Source: Azolla caroliniana (Eukaryota > Plantae > Polypodiophyta). From it: DNA of 64,000 bases. The position numbers were made by a program, and so were the translations under genes. The notes beneath the pieces were generated by a model that ran no database searches, was not told the origin of the DNA, and worked only from the letters and a program-made list of their open reading frames with translations. Positions 12,357 to 26,965 of the stretch are shown here, piece after piece (the stretch's first letter is position 1; every line of letters begins with the position of its first letter). The stretch covers positions 14,508,001-14,572,000 of the forward strand of contig JBHGNT010000005.1 of assembly GCA_043228905.1 (NCBI GenBank). Reading direction: 5' to 3'.

Positions 12357-14850
12357 ATGAACACACAAATAGGTAGCTCGATCCCTAGTGAAAAGCTAGA
12401 CCGGAGCAATTATTCATCTTGGGAGTACAAGATGAACCAATACCTCGTTAGCCAAGGGTATTTGACCTACATCAACGGCGGGCTCGAAAACAAACCCGAC
12501 ATCACAAATGCCAACCACTCAACGTGGGAGCAAGGAGTGAGTCAGGTAATGTATTGCTTGGAAACATGTGTCCATGATCACATGCTTAGCCACATTCGAG
12601 ACGCCAAGATGCCTAAAGAGGCGTGGGAGAACTTGAAGGAGATGTTCACCGCCAACACGACCGCCCGCAAGCTTCAACTCCGACAAGTTGGCAAAAAGAT
12701 ATGACTGTGTCGGACTACACCGCCAAGATCAAGAGCATTTGGAACTCACTTGGCTCCATCAACACAAACGTCGACGAGGACGAGATGGTACACGTATGCC
12801 TGGGTGGCCTCGCACAATGATTCAACCCGTTGAGGATGGCAATCTTGGCGAGGGAAAACCCTCCCTCATTCTTCGACCTTCAATCAATGCTATTGGCTAA
12901 AAAGAACCACGTTCGAACCAAGACCAAGATGTCGGAAGGACAAATGTTCTTCTTGAGTTCTGATGGTGGCCGAGGACGAGGTCAATTTGACCCATCACAC
13001 GAAGGGAACTCAAACCTTTGACAACAAGACGGAAGCCATCGAGGAACCTTCGGAAGAAGGGGGAGCTTCCATGCCGAACAAGGTCGGCAAACGTGGCCCA
13101 TTGCTTGCAACTATTGCGGCAAAGTCAGCCACCGCGAAGAGGAGTGTCGGAAAAAGAGAAGTGAGTCGGCTTCGACAAGCCAACAACTCACAAACTATGC
13201 CAACAACTCCGAATACGATGACTACGTTGGTCTATTTGTAATGAGACATAGAGCGAACTCTATGTCGGTCTCTGACTCCACGAGCACCTCCAACTCAGAA
13301 GATGTGTGGTTCGTCGACTCTGGTATCTCACATCATATGACGTCACACCAAGAGTGGTTTTGTGACTTACGAACGCCGGATCGACCTGGCTTCATAGAGA
13401 TGGGAGAAGACACCACACATCCCATTCGGCACATTGGCAATGTCCCATTTGGGAAAGAAGGCGAGCAAACTTACATCAAGAATGTCTTGCACATGCCCAC
13501 AATAACAAAGAATTTGGTCTCGGTCAGCCAAATTGTGGAGCAATGTATGCAAGTCTGATTCAACAACGAAGGATGCTTCATTGAGAAAAATGGCTGACTC
13601 ATAGCTAAAGGATAGAGAGACGGTCAAATGTTCATCCTCGATTTGAACGAGGTGAAATTGGCCATGTATGCCAAAGGTCTCAAAACCGAGACAAGCATTG
13701 AGTTGTGGCACAAGAGAATCGGCCACATAAACCACCAACGGCTTTGAGTGATGCAAACCAAGGGAGTCATCATCGGACTTCCGACATTCAAGTCGAAACG
13801 AGTCGATCAAGTATGCGAAGCGTGTCAACTCGGCAAACAACATCGACTTCCATTCCCGAAGGAAAGCTATGCAAGCAAAGGCCTCCTCGACGTAATACAC
13901 TCAGACGTATGGGAACTAGCTCAAACGCCGACGATCGGCGGATGCCAATACTACATCACCTTCATCGACGACTATTTGCGCTACACGTGGATCTTTTAGA
14001 TGAAGAAGAAGAGCGAAGTGCTCTCCCACTTCCAAAAGCTCAAGGGCCAAGTGGAAAAAGAAACCGGTTGGCACATTCGATGCGTACGATCGGATGGAGG
14101 AAAGGAGTACTTCTTTGACGAATTCATCTCCTACATCCAAGGTGAAGGCATTCGGAGAGAATTCTCATGCTGACACACACCCCAACAAAATGGAGTCGCC
14201 GAAAGGAAGAATCGGCAAATATTCGAGGTAGCATGCGACATGATGCATGAGAAGCATCCTGAACGAAAACCGACAGAAGCCTGACGCAAAGTCAGAGAAA
14301 TGTTTCCTCATAGGATACTCGTCCGAGAAGAAGGCATACAAGTGCCATAACCATTCAACCCGAGTTGTTCGGGTGAGTCGAGATGTAGTCTTCGACGTAT
14401 CGACATCATGGTATAAGCCCGATTCGTCTCCACCCGACCTGATCGAGGAAGAGTTGAACGTCAACTCGGAGGATGATATTCAGCCAAGCCCTTCACCAAC
14501 CTACCATCCAAGCTTTACCGAGCTAAGTGGACCACACGAGCCTTCAAGCCTTCCAAGCACATCGCGGTCAAATCCGAACGTGGACAAAGGCAAAGGTAAG
14601 ATGCCCGAATACGAAGTCCATCACCTCGGCGAGAGTGATTCGGTGTGTCGGCTCACTCAGTAGATAGTGAGTTTGGTGTACCCATCATGCGGACACACTT
14701 GGAGTAATGAAGGCGCTCACATGAGCGAGCGAAAAATTTCGACATTCTTCTAGAGAGAAGAAACCCATCACTCGGCTCAGCTACAACGAGTATATGGCCC
14801 ATCATTATGCCTTCGCGATGAAGGTAGCGGCCGAACAAGAGCCTGAGAAC
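12357..14850 (+). pseudogene. Decayed copia gag-protease-integrase
   Basis: KLDRSNYSSWEYKM gag start; CNYCGKVSH knuckle; WFVDSG protease; CEACQLGKQHR and SDGGKEY integrase; multiple stops. Confidence 0.85.
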
Positions 14851-15718
14851 TTGAGAGCCTTCACTGCCTCCTTGTCCGTTTGGCCTTCAGAGTATCCGGC
14901 TCATCCAAATCAAACTCCTTTTTAGAATCGACTATCTTCGATTCGTTCAAGCTCTTGTCGGCTGTCTCCAACACGTCCTCAATCTTCAGACCCTTCACGA
15001 CATCATACCATGTCCGTGTCTTGGTCTCTCCGGATTTGCTTCCCCCTTTTTCCGTTGGTTTCGGCTTGGGCTCTCCGTTCCAGTGGTTCCCCCTGCATTC
15101 GGTCTCGGCTTCTTCAACTGTCCCGAAGTCGAAATTGGCTTTCGACTCGGCTTTTCGGTCGTCTTTCTCATTCCTCCTTTCATTCCTCCCCCTCAAGTTC
15201 GGCATATCGAGGTACTGCTCCCCCAGTGCACCGGAAAATTGCCGCAGCTTTTCTAAGCCAAGGAGTTTGGTGAAGATGTTGGCCACCTGTTGATCCATCG
15301 GAACATGTAGTAGTTCCTCTTCACCGGAGAGAACGCGCTCTCAGAAAAAATGGTAGTGCACCTCAATGTGCCTTGCCCAGGCGTGAAAGACGGGGTGCTT
15401 AGCCAACTGGATGTTGCTCCAGTTGTCGCAATAGATCGACGTCGGATCAGACACCTCCACTCGTAGACCCTTGAGGAGCCTCTTGAGCCATATGGCCTCG
15501 CATGTCGCGACAACCTTTCCTCGGTACGCGGCCTCGGTGCTCGGTACTCGGCCTCGGTGCTCGGTACTATCGACTACTTCTTACTACTCTAGGCAACCGT
15601 GTCGCTTCCAGGTGAAAACGCATATCCGGATGTAGTCCTACGGTCGCCGGCATTTCTGGCCTAATTGGCATCCCTGTAGCTGACAAGCTGTCCGGCTACA
15701 CTGGTCTGATATAGCAAC
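14850..15718 (-). pseudogene. Copia RNase H C-terminus plus charged tail, convergent with the upstream element
   Basis: PVFHAWARHIEVHYHF and QVANIFTKLLG motifs. Confidence 0.75.
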
Positions 15719-15799
15719 TGTTGGGAACAAGGCCGTCAATGTGGAAGAGCAAACATAGTCTGTGATGGTGAAGAACCTGCATATGCGATTTAACACTAG

Positions 15800-15832
<33 letters not shown>

Positions 15833-18800
15833 TAGGCACAAAGAAAAATGGTATTTTATTTCTCAATAGCAACAATTACAAGAATTACCAAAACCAACAA
15901 CCACTAATGGGTTACAAAATCACTTTATATAGTGACTGTCCTAGGGCAACTGCCCTTTGTGCTATTTACAGAAATAGCCCAACCTTGGGCTGTCCAAGGG
16001 GACAATGTGAATACGGCCATTATACACTCGTATTCAACACTCCCCCGTAATGGGCGTATACATGGGTTATCTAAAGAATTACAGGTATATATACAAGGTT
16101 TATTAGACAGATCGGTTTTGTTAGATTCGGCAAGATCCGAAGACAGAAGACCGAACCGGTCGGGTCGGAAGAGCTGAAGCCGATCCTCAGAGAACTGATG
16201 TCGGTGGTCCGAAACCGTCCTGTGTTGTGTGTCCGACTTTAACCAGACCGATTTTTCGTTACGCCCATCTGGTGCCGAAGGGACCGGAAACGATCCGCCA
16301 AAAGACACTTGGTCATTCCATCTATGACATTATCGGTTGTGGATATCTTCTCTAGACCGATTTTTCCTGAAATGACGCAATCCTGAACGAAGTGATATCG
16401 AACGTCGATATGCGTCAAGGCATTGTGGTGAACCGGGTTTTTTGACAAGGCAACAACACCTTGACTGTCACTGTAGACAACTGGAGCCGAGTCGGAGTCA
16501 ACCTGTCAAAATGTGTGCGCTAGCCGACTGAGCCATAAAGCTTCTTTTGCCGCGTCGAACGTAACTACATATTCTGCTTCGGTCGTTGAGGTGGCTGTGC
16601 ACTCCTGAAGTTTCGACTTCCACGAGATTGCTCCATTGCCGAATTTGAAACAGTATCCGGTTGTTGATTTCTGACTGTCCACATAGCCGACGAAGTCTGA
16701 GTCGGTGTAATAGACTACGCCTGAGATTGAGTTCAGGCCGAAGAGAATGTCGTGGTCTTTTGTACCAGCTAGATATCTGAACACATGCTTGACTGCGTTC
16801 CAGTGCAATCGGCCGGGGTTGTGCATAAATCTATTGACGACTCCTACGGCGTGAGAAATATCAGGCCGTGTCGTGACCATTGCGTACATAAGGGAGCCGA
16901 CTGCCGGTGCATACAGTACTAACTTCATATCTTCCCCCTCCGGATTGGATGTCGGGCAGTCTCGCTGAGACAGTCGAAGGTTAATGGGGAAGGGGGTCGA
17001 AGCAGACTTGGCCGAGTGCATGTTGAAGCGTTCCAAGACACGTCCGATGTAGTCGGTTTGAGACAAGAAAAGTTGTCGTTTATCGCGATGCTGACTAATC
17101 TTCATACCAAGTATGTGTCTTCCGGACCGATGTCTTTCATGGAAAACTTCAACCGCAGTTTCCGAACGAGTTCGGTGAGCTCTCCGGCATGCCGGCCGGA
17201 GAGGAGCATGTCGTCCACGTAGATGATGAGGAAGATGGGAGACCCGTCTTGAGCTGTTTTGGTGAAGAGACAATGGTCCTCATCGCTCTTTGAGAAGCCA
17301 CCGATTGGATGAAGTCGTCGAACTTCTTGTACCACTGTCGGGGTGCCTGTTTCAGGCCGTAGAGACTTTTCCTGAGTCGGCAAACTAGATGTTCCTGGCC
17401 GGATGCCACAAAGCCTTTTGGCTACTCCATATAGATTTCCTCCTGTAGGTCACCGTGGAGGAAGGTCGTTTGTACATCTAGCTGAATCAGCTCCAAGTTG
17501 TCGGCAACCACGAAGCGAAGGGTTGTCATTTTCACCACTGGTGAAAAGATTTCGTCGAAGTCGACGCCATATTCTTGTCGGAATCCCTTCGCAACTAATT
17601 TGGCCTTGTACTTTGGGTTGGTCGAGTCGGATGTCTCTTTTAGTCGATAGACCCACTTACATGGAAGAGCACATCGATTCTTCGGTAATTTGACTAAGTC
17701 CCAAGTCTTGTTTGCCCGAATGGAGTGCATTTCTGACTCCATCACCAGATGCCATGTGGCGGAATCGGCAGATGCCAATGCTTCTTCGTAAGACGTCGGT
17801 TCACCGGCGTCAGTGAAGAAAATTCCGGGAGAGTACCTCTCCGGAGGTTGCGATAGTCTCTCGGATCTGCGAGGTATGACTGAACTGGTCGCACTGGGTG
17901 TTGATGTCGGATGGTCTGGAGCCGAGCCATTCGGTTGTGCCGAATCGCGGGATTCGGTGCGAGAGTTGTCGGTTACCCATGAAACCGATCTTGTGTTGTG
18001 GGTTGGGCCATCATGAAGGGTTGGCACTTCGGAAAATATTACCCTTCGGACTTCAATAGGCCTTTCGGCCGTTTTATGCATAACCGACTCATTGAATACG
18101 ATGTCCGAACTTCAGACAATTTGTCTGTGCTCGAGGTCCCAGAGTCGGTATCCGATCTCGCAGCCGGGTCCATACCCAAGGAAAACGCATTTCCTTGATC
18201 TTGGTTCGAGTTTCCGGCGATTGTCTTGCGGTATGAGGGTGTATGCCTCACAGCCGAAGATCCTCAGCTTGTCATAATTCGGCTTACTGCCGGTCCATAT
18301 TTCCTAAGGTATTTGAAGTCCTAGAGGTCTACTTGGCAACATATTTATTATGTGTACTGCCGTAAGTAGAGCCTCCGCCCATAAGCCATCCGACAGTCCG
18401 GAGTGTTGGAGCATGTGTGGAGAGACAAGCTCAACATCGGCCGGATCGGCTGAGCAAGCCGAGGACCGGATCGATACCGGTACACAGATCGGTGCGTAGG
18501 AAGGCCGGATCGGTGCAGAAACCGTGAGGCCATCGGAAAGATATTCCGCAAGGAATATATTTGGGAGTTAGTGTAGGGGCTCCTTAATGAGCATTGAAGT
18601 ATTGTCAGTACTTCTGTCAGTCTGAAAAGGACTTGTATATAAGTGTTCATTGAACACACACAATGTATAGATTTGAGTATTATTTTGAAGCGCCAACACC
18701 GCGACAGCAAGGGAGCTGTGAAGGGTCATGGGAGCAGACAAGCCGACCGGAAGGGTCGAAGCGCGCGGAGTCGAACAGGCCGAGGAGTGCGAGCGAGGAG

Positions 18801-19710
18801 TGGAGCCAGGAGGAACCGGAGCGGTGACCCGGAAGATCCCGAAGAGCCTCAAGTTGAGCTTGAGGGGGAGTGTTGAGAGACAAGCTCAACATCGACCGGA
18901 TCGGTTGAGCAAGCCAAGGACCGGATCGGTTGGGACTGATCGGTTAGGTCGGATCGGTACCGGTACGCAGACCGGTGCGTAGGAAGGCCGGATCGGTGCA
19001 GAAACCGTGAGGCCATTGGAAAGATATTCCGCAAGGAATATATTTGGGAGTTAGTGTAGGGGCTCCTTAATGAGCATTGAAGTACTGTCAGTACTTTTGT
19101 CAGTCCGAAAAGGACTTGTATAAAAGTGTTCATTGAACACACACGATGTACAGATTTGAGTACTGTTTTGAATATAGTTATGGTTTTTACTCTCTCTCTC
19201 TGTCTCTCCCGTGCATACTGTGCAAACCTAATCTTTCCATTAAACTTGTGTTTTCTGTTGTTCGGTTTCCTAGATTGCTTCCACACGTCATTCTTTTCAG
19301 CATGGATACTACGCGTTCTTGAATCGTCCGATTCATGCGTTCTGCAATTCCGTTCTGCTCCGGACTATAGGGTGCCGTATATTTACGTCGAATGCTGCAT
19401 TCGCGGCAAAATTTGACGAATTTGTCAGACTTGAATTCTCCTCCATTATCGGTTTGGAGACACTTTAGTTTCCGACAGGTCTGGTTTTCGACCATTGCAA
19501 GCCATTCGGAGAAGATCGGGAACACCCGATCTTTGGTTCTAATGGGGCATCGGGTCGAGTCGTCAATAAAATTGACGAAGTACGAGGCGCCGCCGAGAGA
19601 CTGATGAGGCATCGGGCCACAGATGTCCGAGTGGACCAAATCGAGGGGACTCGATTCTCTTGGTGCTGATGTCGAGTGTGATGCGGCTACCTGTTTGCCA
19701 TACTGGCAAT
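15719..19710 (-). mobile_element. Truncated decayed copia (3' LTR 15719-16039, PPT, RH-RT-INT remnants)
   Basis: TGTTG...CAACA LTR next to CTCCCCCGT (PPT on minus strand); [18 protein letters not shown] and TDNGGEF motifs. Confidence 0.85.
18416..19299 (+). mobile_element. Internally deleted copia derivative (partial 5' LTR, 3' internal stub, PPT, 3' LTR)
   Basis: TSD GCATG (18411-18415 / 19300-19304); PPT TGAGGGGGAG 18861-18870; 3' LTR 18871-19299; same LTR family as 21870-22299. Confidence 0.85.
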
Positions 19711-21869
19711 TGTTGTCCAAAGGATAGAAATGTAAAATTAGGAAATTAGCAAACGGCGGTAGTGTAACCGAGTAGGAAAGAACGCCAACGAGTGCCGAGT
19801 CCGAGTATCACGGGCCACCGACGGCTCGGCTGTGTATTAGGGGAAACGTTATTTAAACAAGGTCGAGCACCTCAGAGGAGGGGAGCAGAAAATATAGGCG
19901 GAAGCACTAGCTTAGTCCATCGTAACTAGATAATCCTGTAAGGTCACCGGCCGTAGGCCGTGTTCTGTAACCCTTTTTCTGTCGCATTGATACATATCTC
20001 TGATTTGTGCCCATTTTGCTCCATGTGTTTGTGCTTTGGCTCATACTTATGATTTTAGCGCCACCCATGCCTATCAAGATCTCGCTAGTGTTTTATCTCT
20101 GATCATTTTCTCCCTCACGACGCCTCTGTTACGAGCCTTCACGTACCACGGCCTTGGATACCGATAGCCGCAAGTCTATCGAAGGTGTTCACCCAAATGA
20201 ACGGGTAACACAATTTGGCACGCCTGGTTATAGCTGTGAGTGCACAGCAAACTTCGTTGAAGGTAACCACCAGTCGCCGTTACGGCGCCCTCTCGCAGCA
20301 CGAGGTCTCGGCCACCTGCCCGACGCCCTGAGCCAGTCGAAGGAACTTCCGACTCGGCGGTCACTGACCAATCCTTTCCCGAGCAATCGGAGACTCCCCC
20401 AGTGCAATCCTCACCACCGGACAATCAATCGCGAGTTGATTCCCCACCACAACCCCCGCCAAGCTGTCCGGAGGTCACTCAACCGGAACTAAACCCTTTC
20501 CCGGTGCTACCAGAAGACCCAGAGTACGACATCATGCCGTACCCATACCCACGTTACACTGACAGACCAGACACGGAGTCACACATCCGTGCCTTCATAT
20601 CTACGTGGCAGGCCAACCACTCAACGCACCGCCTCACGCCGACCGAAATCGATGCCTCAAAAATTGTCAAGTTCACACTCTCCCTCGATGGACCGGCCGC
20701 ACGATGGTACTCTCGCCTCGAAATAGGAGAGGCCACCACTTTCCAAATCGTGCGCACAAAGTTCCTTGAACTTTTTCATCGCGAGGTGCCTAAACGGGAA
20801 CTGCTCCGACAATTCTTCTCTATATGCCAAGAACCGCATGAAACGGTCGCGGAGTTCACGATCCGGTTCCAGGATCTCTACAGACAAGTGGCCGATGATG
20901 TCTCGGCACAACATATACCGGACACTTTCCTGTCCAGTTTACGAGAGCCTCTCCGAACGACACTCTCGCACTTATAAATTTCGCCAACCATACTATCGAA
21001 CAAGTCATAGCGCGGGTTCTTGCCCTCGATCGGACCCAGCACGACGCGGCCTTCTCGATGACATCCTTACAAAACGCTCTTCCCCAAGAGGACAATCACT
21101 TTCGCCAAGCTCTCCAATGCACGACGTGTTCAGGATCAGGGCACCTGGCCCTCGAATGTCCCCACCGACCACAGTGTCCGATCTGTCAGTCTCGAGCTCA
21201 CACTGTCGAGCAGTGCGAATATAATATGCTGAACCGCACAACGGCGGCACCGGTCCGCCAGATCGAGCCAAGAAATACATACTCTCGGCAGGACGAGCGA
21301 TATGCCTACCGAGACCAGGATAACGACCGACCGTGATCCCCGGATCGACGGCATCGAGACGACGACTACCGACGTGATGACCGCCGTGATCACTATCACG
21401 ATGACCGACACGACGATTATGCTTGATATGATGACGATCGCGATGACCGGTATGACCGACGGAACTCACGCATTGATCGGCGAAACGACAACCACAACTC
21501 ACGCAACAATAGAAGACATAACGACAGCCGCCGACGGGACGCTCCTCAAAATGATCAACGCAACTCCAACGCACCTCGGACCAACCCATCACCAAACGAG
21601 ATTGGGAATCAACAGCAACAACTTCCACACACATACCGAGCGGACACCAGCAACTCGGCCAACGTTACGTGTTTTAAATGTAACCAACCAGGCCACTATG
21701 CCATGCAATGTCCAACAACCGACCGTGGCAAGGCACCTGCGGTGAACAGTATCATGGCCGATGTTCAAACCGTCACTACCGGGAGTAAAGCGCAGACTAC
21801 ACAGTGGCAAATCCAAGATGAGGTCCGTCAGGCAGCAAAAGAATGGATCGACACGGCCAATAAAAAGAA
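19711..21869 (+). mobile_element. 5' part of a gypsy-like element (LTR 19711-20210, Arg-type PBS, gag)
   Basis: TGTT...AACA LTR; TGGCACGCCTGGT at 20216 resembles the complement of a tRNA-Arg 3' end; LDGPAARWY...FLELF...QEPHETVAEF gag; three Cys/His knuckles. Confidence 0.7.
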
Positions 21870-24800
21870 TGTTGAGAGACAAGCTCAACATCGGCCGGAT
21901 CGGTTGAGCAAGCCGAGGACCGGATCGGTTGGGACCGATCGGTTAGGCCGGATCGGTTGGAAACTGGTACGCAGACCCGTGCGTAGGAAGGCTGGATCGG
22001 TGCGGAAACCGGGAGGCCATCCGAAAGATATTCCGCAAGGAATATATTTGGGAGTTAGTGTCAAGGCTCACTTATGAGCAGTCAAGTACTGTCAGTACTT
22101 GTGTCAGCCCGATTGTCAGGGCTTGTATAAAGGTGCTCACTGAGCACATCCTATGTACAGATTGACTATTATTTTGAATTGAGTTCTGTGTGTTCTCTCT
22201 TTGTCTCTCCCGTGTACTATGTATATCCAAGCTCTCCATTAAACCTGCGTATTTTCTTTGTGTTCGTTTTCTTATTGCTTCCGCACATAATCTTTCACAT
22301 GGTAGTAGAGCGCGAGGGTTGAGAACCTCTGCAACCGACATAGCTTGAAAAGAAAAACCAACCGAGAAGAACAGGTAAAACCGATGGATAGAGGCATGGC
22401 TAGCTCGCTTCCGATGGAGAAGCTCGACAGAAACAACTACGCATCTTGGTCCTACAAGATGCACCAGTACCTGCTCGGGCATGGTTACCAGAGCTATGTC
22501 GATGGAGCAAATGACATAGCACCCGAATTGACACACAAAGATTTTCCGGTGTGGGAACAATCGGCGAGCAGAGTGTTGTACTGTTTCGCGTCTTGTGTGG
22601 GCGAACAACTATTAAGCTACGTTCGGGATGCAAAAACACCGAAGGGTGCGTGGGAAAATCTGAAGAAGATCTTCGCCGCGAGCACCACAGCCAGGAAGCT
22701 TCAGCTCCGACAAGAGTTGAGCAACCTACGACAACGCGATTTGTAGGTGGCTGACTATACCTCGAAGATCACAGACATATGTGACTCCTTAGCTTCCATC
22801 GATGTGAACATCGAGGAAAGCGAGATGGTCCAGGTCTATCTCAGGGGTTTGGCGTCGAAGTTCGGGGCGTTCCGAACTATTGTGTGTACCCCGGAGAATA
22901 CGTTGTCCTTTTTCGACTTACAATCGATGCTCCTGGTAGAGGAGAACCACCCGGGTGCGTCAATGAGGACGCACGCCGAAAACAAGATGCTATACACGGA
23001 GGGAGATAAGCCCCATGGATGTGGAGGACGAGGCGAGTCGGTGCGCAATGGAGGCGGCCGACGAGATCAAGGAAGGAGGCACCGAAATGATGCCGACAAC
23101 AATTCTGGACCATCCGGAAACAGGGGGAGTCGAGGCGATGAGAACCGGCAAGGGAAACCCGCCGCGGAATGCTGGTACTGTGGCAAGAAAGGCCACAGGG
23201 AGAGCGAGTGCTGGAAAAAGCGCGCCGAGTCGGAGAGGACCGGTTCTGGATTTGGTTTCGGATATACCGACAAAGGAAACCGGCAGCTATCGCACTACGC
23301 CGAAGGATCCGGAAAAGCCGGAAAAGGGTTTGCCTTCGTGACGAGACATGAAGCAAACTCAATGAAGTAGACCACCCTGAAATCGGACGAGGTGTGGTAC
23401 GTCGACTTCGGCGCGTCAAATCACATGAAGAGCCATAAGGAGTGGTTCTCGTACCTAGAAAAACCGATGCAACCGGGAGTAGTCGCAACCGGAGACGATG
23501 CAACTGGGAGTACTCCGCATCCGATTGCGAATGTCGGAGAAGTTCCCCTGAGCCATGTCGGGCAGAAAGGGAAACTCATGAACGTGGTACACGTTCCGAC
23601 AATCACGAAGAACTTGGTGTCGGTTGGTTAGATCGTCGACCAAGGGATGGAGGTCCGGTTTACACACCTCGGGTGCTTCATTGAGGAAGAAGGCCGTGTT
23701 ATTGCGCAAGGGCGCAGAGATGGGAGGATGTTCATCCTCGACTCTACTGAGGTGGCACCGCAATGTTCACGAAGGGACAAAAAGTCGAGTCGGACATCGA
23801 CTTATGGCACAAGCGGATTGGCCACGTCAACTACCAGCGGCTTCAAGACCTGCAATCGAAACAAGTGGTGTTCGGATTGCCCAAATTTAGTGGCCGGAAG
23901 GCACAAATTTGTGAAGCCTGCCAGCTTGGGAAGCAACACCGACTTCCTTTCCCCAATGAGCGTAACCGGAGTCGGAACAAGTTCGACTTGATACACTCTG
24001 ATGTGTGGGGGCCGGCACAAAACGTTAGTCTTGGCGGGAGCCGATATTTCGTCTCCTTCATCGACGACTACACGCGGCACACGTGGATCTACCTCATTGA
24101 GAGGAAGAGCGAAGTCTTCGACTGTTTCCAAGACCTCAAAGGGTTCGTGGAAACAAACACAGGAAGAAAGATCAGGTGCCTATGGTCGGATGGCGGAAAA
24201 GAATACTTTTCCGGTCAATTCAACAGTTATCTACAACAGATGGGAATTCCGCGCGAATTCAGTTGTAGATACACGCCGGAGCAAAACGGCGTGGCCGAGA
24301 GGAAAAATCGGTCGGTTGTGGAAGCGGTGCGGGCAATGCTAGAAGAGAAGAGCTTGCCGAAGTTCTACTAGGCCAAGGCGGTAAGGACCGCGGTATACAT
24401 CTAGAATCGGATCGGAGACAAAGTGTCAGTGCACGAGCTATATTTCGGAATGAAGCCGAACTTGTGACACTTACGAGTTTTTGATAGCATTGCGTATGTG
24501 CATGTGCTGAAGGAGAAACAGAGGAAACTTGACGCAAAGGCCAAGAAATGTATCTTGGTCGGTTACTCGGACGAACAGAAGGGTTATAAGTGTTATAACC
24601 CGCGCACCAAACAAGCGCACGTGAGCCGCGACGTTGTGTTTGATGAGTCCGCGTCTTGGTACTTGCCTCCGACTCCGGACCTCACCTCCAATCCGAGTTC
24701 TGATGATGAGGTCAGCGAGGCCGAGATGCCTCCAAATGAGCCTGAAATCGGGACCCGCGAAGAGAGTCCGATTTCGTTTCGGTTAAGTGGACCGAATGGA

Positions 24801-26798
24801 CGACTGAGTCGGTTTGACCAGTTCGATGAAGAGCCGGCAAGTAGTGGAGACTCAGCCGTGCATTCCCCGCGCAGGAAGCTCAGGAGACGGCTTATGCGCA
24901 AAGAGAAAGGGAAGAAGAAGGTGTTGGATTCCGGCATGGATAGGAACGAGTCAGACCAACGCGAGTCCAAATCCGAGGGAAGCGGTGACGGGTCTTCAAG
25001 AGCGAAGTCCGCATCGGCCGAGAAGACCTCGACATCGGCTAATGACCGATTACGCCGATCTACCCGCCAGAAGAACCCAGTTGTGCGGTTCGGATACAAC
25101 GAGTACATGGCGGATCATTATGCGTATATGACCCGTGTAGCGGAAGTGTGTGAGCCAGAGAGCTACGCAGAAGCGGCTAAGGACGCGAATTGGCGCGCCG
25201 CGATGGAGGAAGAGATGCACGCATTGGCGGAAAACGAGATCTGGGACCTGGTTGACGCACCGAAGGGTGTGAAGCCGATCGGATGTAGGTGGGTGTACAA
25301 GGTCAAGTACAAGACTGACGGCTCAGTCAACCGATACAAGGCCCGATTAGTGGCAAAAGGCTACGCGCAGAAACATGGCATCGACTACGATGAGACGTTT
25401 GCGCCGGTTGCGAAGATGACGACCGTCCGTGTTTTGCTCGCAGTAGCTGCGGCAAAGGGGTGGCACTTACATCAGATGGATGTAAAGAATGCGTTCTTGC
25501 AAGGTGAGCTTGAGGAACATGTGTACATGGTACAACCCCCCGGATTTCACTCCGGAACGAACACATCGGCAGTGTGCCGATTGAAGAAGTCCCTTTACAG
25601 ACTGAAGCAAGCCCCACATGCCTGGAACGCGAAGATCACGCAACAACTGCGTCGGATGGGCTTTGCAACGTCAAAATCAGACTCTTCCTGTTCATCCGGA
25701 AAGGTCGACTCGGTCCGGTCAGTATTTTACTATATGTTGATGACTTGGTCATCACCAGCGCCGACCTAGGTGAAATCGACTGCGTAAAGCTCCGGCTTGC
25801 GGCATCGTTCGACATGAAGGATTTGGAGGACCTTCATTACTTCCTCGGGATCGAAGTGGTCCGCACCCCCGAAGGCATACTGATCAACCAATGTCATTAC
25901 GCGCTGAATATGCTCTTCAAATTTGGGATGGCAGACTGTAAGTCCGTCTCGACTCCTCTGGATAGAACCATCAAGTTTCGCCCCGAGTCCAGAAAGGTAT
26001 GCGACCCGACGAGGTTCGGACAGATAGTCGGCAGCCTTATATACTTGACAGTCACCCGACCAGATCTCAGCTACCCGGTCGGGGTGATCAGTCAGTTTAT
26101 GGCACGACCTACCGAGGAGCACCTTCAGTGTGCACAACGCGTACTGCGGTACGTAAGCGGCACTAAGGACCGGGGACTACTATACCGGACCGGTACAGCC
26201 TTGCAGTTGGTCGGCTACACCGATGCTGATTGGGCTGGCAACGACACCGATCGCCGATAGCGTGGAGTAGTAAGAAGCAGCCGACAGTTGCACTGTCGAG
26301 CACCGAACCTGAGTATCGAGGAGCGGCTGTCGCGACATGCGAAGCCATATGGTTGAAGCGGCTACTTAGGGACCTACAAGAGGTGTCCGATCCAACGCCG
26401 ATCTTATGCGACAACTTCAACAACATCCAACTCGCGAAGAACCCTGTTTTCCATGCACGGACCAAGCACATTGAGGTGCACTACCATTTTTTCGTGAGCG
26501 TGTCCTTTCTGGTGAAGTCGAACTTCAGTATGTTCCGACGGATCGGCAAACTGCCGACATCTTTACCAAGCCCCTTGGTCTGGACAAGTTGCGGCAATTC
26601 TCGAGTGCACTTGGGTTGCGTCACCTCGACGTGCCACACTGAGCACATCCTATGTATAGATTGAGTATTATTTTGAATTGAGTTCTGTGTGTTCTCTCTC
26701 TGTCTCTCCCACGTACTATGTATATCCAAGCTCTCCATTAAACCTGCATATTTTCTCTGTGTTTGTTTTCTTATTGCTTCCGCACATAATCTTTGACA
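21870..26798 (+). mobile_element. Decayed near-full-length copia; 3' LTR partly deleted
   Basis: 5' LTR 21870-22299; degenerate PBS TGGTAGTAGAGC; gag-PR-INT-RT-RH 22397-26635 with stops and frameshifts; 3' LTR remnant ~26637-26798; flanks do not form a TSD. Confidence 0.9.
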
Positions 26799-26899
26799 TT
26801 TGTAAATAGCCCGAAATTCATATTAGTATAAATAGGACCTAGGGCAAACTCTTGGTTGTTGTTATTATCATTGTATAGAGTTATGGTGTGTAACTGTTG

Positions 26900-26965
<66 letters not shown>

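Larger units (their letters stand above)
5752..14850 (+). mobile_element. Truncated, degenerate Ty1/copia element hosting a gypsy element and a hAT MITE
   Basis: LTR ending CCTAACA at 6174, then iMet PBS TGGTATCAGAGC (6175-6186); gag/PR/INT remnants downstream; breaks off before RT; LTR left edge approximate. Confidence 0.7.

Noticed and set aside
19707-20214. Solo LTR with CAAT TSD
   Set aside because: The right flank is a PBS plus gag rather than the continuation of the host integrase, so the 4-bp match is probably chance.
26902-26962. (GA)n/(CT)n microsatellites
   Set aside because: Ordinary LTR R/U5-region tracts.
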